From: Spirochaetota bacterium
Lineage (GTDB): Bacteria > Spirochaetota > UBA4802 > UBA5368
Length of the DNA stretch: 64,000 nucleotides
NCBI GenBank assembly: GCA_004297825.1
Contig: SCSX01000036.1
Span: 172,680 to 236,679, forward strand
Reading direction: 5' to 3'
The notes under the pieces were generated by a model, which saw only the letters and a program-made list of their open reading frames with translations, made no database searches and was not told the DNA's origin. Both the position numbers and the translations under genes were made by a program. The first letter of the stretch is position 1, and the number at the start of each line of letters is the position of its first letter. Shown piece after piece: positions 61,033 through 64,000 of this stretch.

Positions 61033-64000
61033 ATGAAAAAACTGTGCATCTGTCTCATCGCGCTGTGCGCGCTCATCGCCGGCAATCATGCCCGGGGCGA
61101 ACTGCGCCTGAAGGAATTTTCCGATACGCGCACGGAGGTCCGGAGGTATCTGGAATCGGCGTCTTCGAGGCGGATGGAGGCGGAATGGGAACGCATGGCC
61201 TCGTACGGCGCATCGGCGGTGCGCGCGCGATGGGAGCGGGAATCGGAGAAGGAGATCGCGCGCGAGGCGGAGGCGCGGACCGCGCAGGGAGAGGACGCGG
61301 CGGGCGTCGAGGATTCCCTGCGCGCGCTTCTCGAGCAGGCGCGCGCGCGTTTCGACAGGGAGCTTGACCGTGAAACGGCGCGGGAAAAGGCGTCATGGTA
61401 CGCGGGCCTTGTCGAGATCGCGGTGCCCCCGTTCGCGCGCGAAACCCTGCGCACGGCGATCCGGGAGGCCGATATGGGAGCCGGCGCGGTGGAGAGCTAT
61501 CGCGACGCGTATGCCCTGTGGGAGGAGGGCGCGGGCGGCGCGTTCATCTCGCTCTGGGAGACGTACGAAAACGGAATACGCGCGCGGCGCGATTTTCTCG
61601 TTTCCGCATGTGCGTACGCGGACGAGATGCGGGACGAGTTTATCGGCGCACTGGACGCGAGGCTTGGAGCGATGAAAGAGCGCGCGAGGGCCGACGAGGA
61701 GATATATCTCGCAGGGGCCCGGAATGCGTTCATCGGCAGGCGGCTGGAGGACACCGATTCGCTGCGTCGCGATACCGAAGAGCGCTCGGCGGAAGCGGTA
61801 TCCAGGAGGATACTGGAGGCGACCCGCGCCCGCGTGGAGGACCTGATGGAGCGCGGGCTCGGGGAACCGGGGGCGCGCGCCGGTTCGACGCCGGCGGACG
61901 GCCTGTCCGGGGCGCGCGCACTCATCGATGCGGGAATTTCGGTATGGAGGGACGCCGAGGAAGAGCTGCTGGCCGCGCGCATGGCGTGGGAACGCGACCG
62001 CGCCGAAAGCTTCGACGCGGCGGAGGGGGAATGGGCCTCGTCCTGGAACCGGATCCGGGAGGAGAGGCGTTTATGGATGGAGGATATCGACGCGCAGATA
62101 GGCCGGGGAGAATCGATGTGGCTCTCCTCGCTCGGAAATTTCGACGAGGACAGGGCGCGGGCCGCGGAGGAGCTTCGGGAGTACGTGCGGACCGAAGGCG
62201 GCCAATGGGACGAGTACATTACCGGCATCAAGCGCATGGTCGACACCGGGTCGGGCGCGCTCACGGGAGCGCGGGAAAGCATCTATTACTTAGACACCCT
62301 TATCGCCCGCTACCGGGACCGTCCGGATAAAAGCGCGCTCATGGACGCGCTCGTCGCGGAAAAGACGCGCTGGGAAAATCAGACCGCGCGCTTCCAGGGA
62401 TTGCTCGTGCGCGCGGAGATCGAGCTCCGGCAGGAATACGCGGGGAGCGGCGGGAACGGAACGCTTACCGACGATCGCGGCGCGACCATGCACGTGGTCT
62501 ACACGGAGCTGGACGCATCGGGAACGCCCTACGTGGTGTTCGAGGGAACGGTCGCCAACGGGCGCGATCCCTATCTCATGACGAAGGCCGAGTACGATCT
62601 CGAGAAGCTCCGGATCGAGGAGGAATACTGGAAACGGCGCATGGCCGCGGCACAGGGGGTCTACGAATACGCGTTCGCGGGCGCGGCGAGGCCGGGCCGC
62701 GATGAGCAGGAGCGCGCCCGGCTGGAGGCGCTGGACGAGCGCGACCGAAAAAGGGCGGACCTGGATCGGGCCGAGACCCGGCTCACGGAGGTGTTTTTAA
62801 ACAGGGTGAACGATGAGGCGAAGGGGGTCGCCGATGCGCAGGAAGCCCTGCAATTGGCGCAGCTCGAGTTTGATCGCGCCGAGGAGCTGTTCGGCAGGGC
62901 GAACGCCCGGCTTATGTACCTGGAAAATCCCGACTCGAGGGAGCTTCTTCTCGAGGAGATCACGGCGCTGGTCCGGCGCGTAAGCGAACTCGAAAGGGTA
63001 AAGGAAAACGGGGAGAGCCTGCTGCTTCGTTATGCCCGCGAGTATTACGCCGCGCGCAGGGTGGAGGAGGGGGTCGCATCCGCGCGCGACTACGAGGCGC
63101 GCCTCGCGGACGCGATCGCGGTGGTTGAGGGAGACGCCGATTCCCAGGGGTACAGGGGAAACCTGGAGGCATTCGGCGCGGCGGTTACCGCCGCCCGGGG
63201 CAAGGACGATGCGGCGGACGCGCTTGCGGCCGAGACGCGTGCGCGCGAAGATGAAATCTTCGCCACGGTCGAAAAGGCCGACCCGTACTACATGGACGGG
63301 GAAAATGTGCGGCTTTCCAGTGCGCGCGCCGGGCTCGCGGAAGCGCATGAGCGTTATGCAATATTTAAAAGAATCGCGGCGGAAATGGACGCAGGGGGGG
63401 CGTGGCTCGATGAAGCGGTGTTCGAGCTCCTGCCGCCGTCCCCGTACGGGGACGGCACACAAAAGCCGGATTTCGAAACGGTCACTTCCTGGATACGTTC
63501 CGCCTCGACAGGCGATTTCCCGGCAGTCGAGGAACTTTGCTCCCTTTCGGGCGGTCGGCTGGGTCCGGAGGAAATCTATTGCAAAGGCGCCGGTGACATC
63601 GCCCGTGCGCTTTCTTCCCTGTGGGCGGCCGATATACTCGGCACCGAAGGCGACACCGCCACAGGCCCGATAAATCCGGAGATCGAGGAACGCGTTCGCG
63701 CGCTGGTACGGAGCGAGCTTTCGGCGCGAAGGGGCGCCCTCATGGGCGCGCTCGCCGAAACGAAGAACGCGCTGGACGGGGCATTCGAGTCCGCGAAAGA
63801 GGTCGTGAAGTACCTGCTGTCCGATTTTACGGGAAGCCGGGAGATCACCGCGGCCACGCCCTACAGCCGGGCCTGGATGCAGGCAGAACTGGACCGGACC
63901 GGGGCGGCTGTTCCGGCCCGCGTCGCGACAAGTAACCTGGAGACGGTAAGGCGAGCGCGAGACTTCTTTATGTCCTCGAGAGGGTCGGATTACGAGACGA
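61033..64000 (+). CDS. Very large exported coiled-coil protein (3' end outside window)
   Basis: GGAGG RBS; MKKLCICLIALCALIAGNHARG signal peptide; frame appears open to the window end (about 989 codons) and so is absent from the ORF track. Confidence 0.85.
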   Translation, partial: MKKLCICLIALCALIAGNHARGELRLKEFSDTRTEVRRYLESASSRRMEAEWERMASYGASAVRARWERESEKEIAREAEARTAQGEDAAGVEDSLRALLEQARARFDRELDRETAREKASWYAGLVEIAVPPFARETLRTAIREADMGAGAVESYRDAYALWEEGAGGAFISLWETYENGIRARRDFLVSACAYADEMRDEFIGALDARLGAMKERARADEEIYLAGARNAFIGRRLEDTDSLRRDTEERSAEAVSRRILEATRARVEDLMERGLGEPGARAGSTPADGLSGARALIDAGISVWRDAEEELLAARMAWERDRAESFDAAEGEWASSWNRIREERRLWMEDIDAQIGRGESMWLSSLGNFDEDRARAAEELREYVRTEGGQWDEYITGIKRMVDTGSGALTGARESIYYLDTLIARYRDRPDKSALMDALVAEKTRWENQTARFQGLLVRAEIELRQEYAGSGGNGTLTDDRGATMHVVYTELDASGTPYVVFEGTVANGRDPYLMTKAEYDLEKLRIEEEYWKRRMAAAQGVYEYAFAGAARPGRDEQERARLEALDERDRKRADLDRAETRLTEVFLNRVNDEAKGVADAQEALQLAQLEFDRAEELFGRANARLMYLENPDSRELLLEEITALVRRVSELERVKENGESLLLRYAREYYAARRVEEGVASARDYEARLADAIAVVEGDADSQGYRGNLEAFGAAVTAARGKDDAADALAAETRAREDEIFATVEKADPYYMDGENVRLSSARAGLAEAHERYAIFKRIAAEMDAGGAWLDEAVFELLPPSPYGDGTQKPDFETVTSWIRSASTGDFPAVEELCSLSGGRLGPEEIYCKGAGDIARALSSLWAADILGTEGDTATGPINPEIEERVRALVRSELSARRGALMGALAETKNALDGAFESAKEVVKYLLSDFTGSREITAATPYSRAWMQAELDRTGAAVPARVATSNLETVRRARDFFMSSRGSDYET

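Noticed and set aside
60383..61036. 217-aa ORF upstream of the giant gene
   Set aside because: TTG start, signal-like N-terminus but an Arg/Pro-rich remainder with no motif; cannot be supported as a gene.

Overview
GC-rich (about 60% by eye) chromosomal window. The 16S signature and several genes resemble Leptospirales, so it probably comes from a free-living Spirochaetota bacterium; this is inference. The backbone carries cusB/cusA, two-component and chemotaxis genes, a complete but split N-degron set (iscU-like/fdhD/bpt-clpS ... clpA-aat), an NAD-salvage/redox cluster (pncA, pncB, ferredoxins, wrbA, sodB, desaturase), alr, mtnP, rdgB, and a 16S-tRNA-Ile-tRNA-Ala-23S rRNA operon with no linked 5S gene. 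A very large secreted-protein ORF runs off the right end. The most striking signals are small mobile or repeat structures. (1) A GxxExxY PD-(D/E)XK gene is exactly bracketed by periodic terminal inverted repeats, and two empty MITE-like copies of those ends occur elsewhere in the window, making a candidate autonomous/non-autonomous element pair with no classical transposase. (2) A DUF559 nuclease gene is bracketed by 26-bp REP-like inverted repeats. (3) A truncated class IIC group II intron sits right after the rRNA terminator and contains apparent hairpin-module insertions also seen in an intergenic mosaic at about 6.7-7.1 kb. (4) Two dispersed repeat blocks (A and B) frame cassette-like accessory genes at two loci. 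No database searches were possible; all calls come from motifs read in the sequence.
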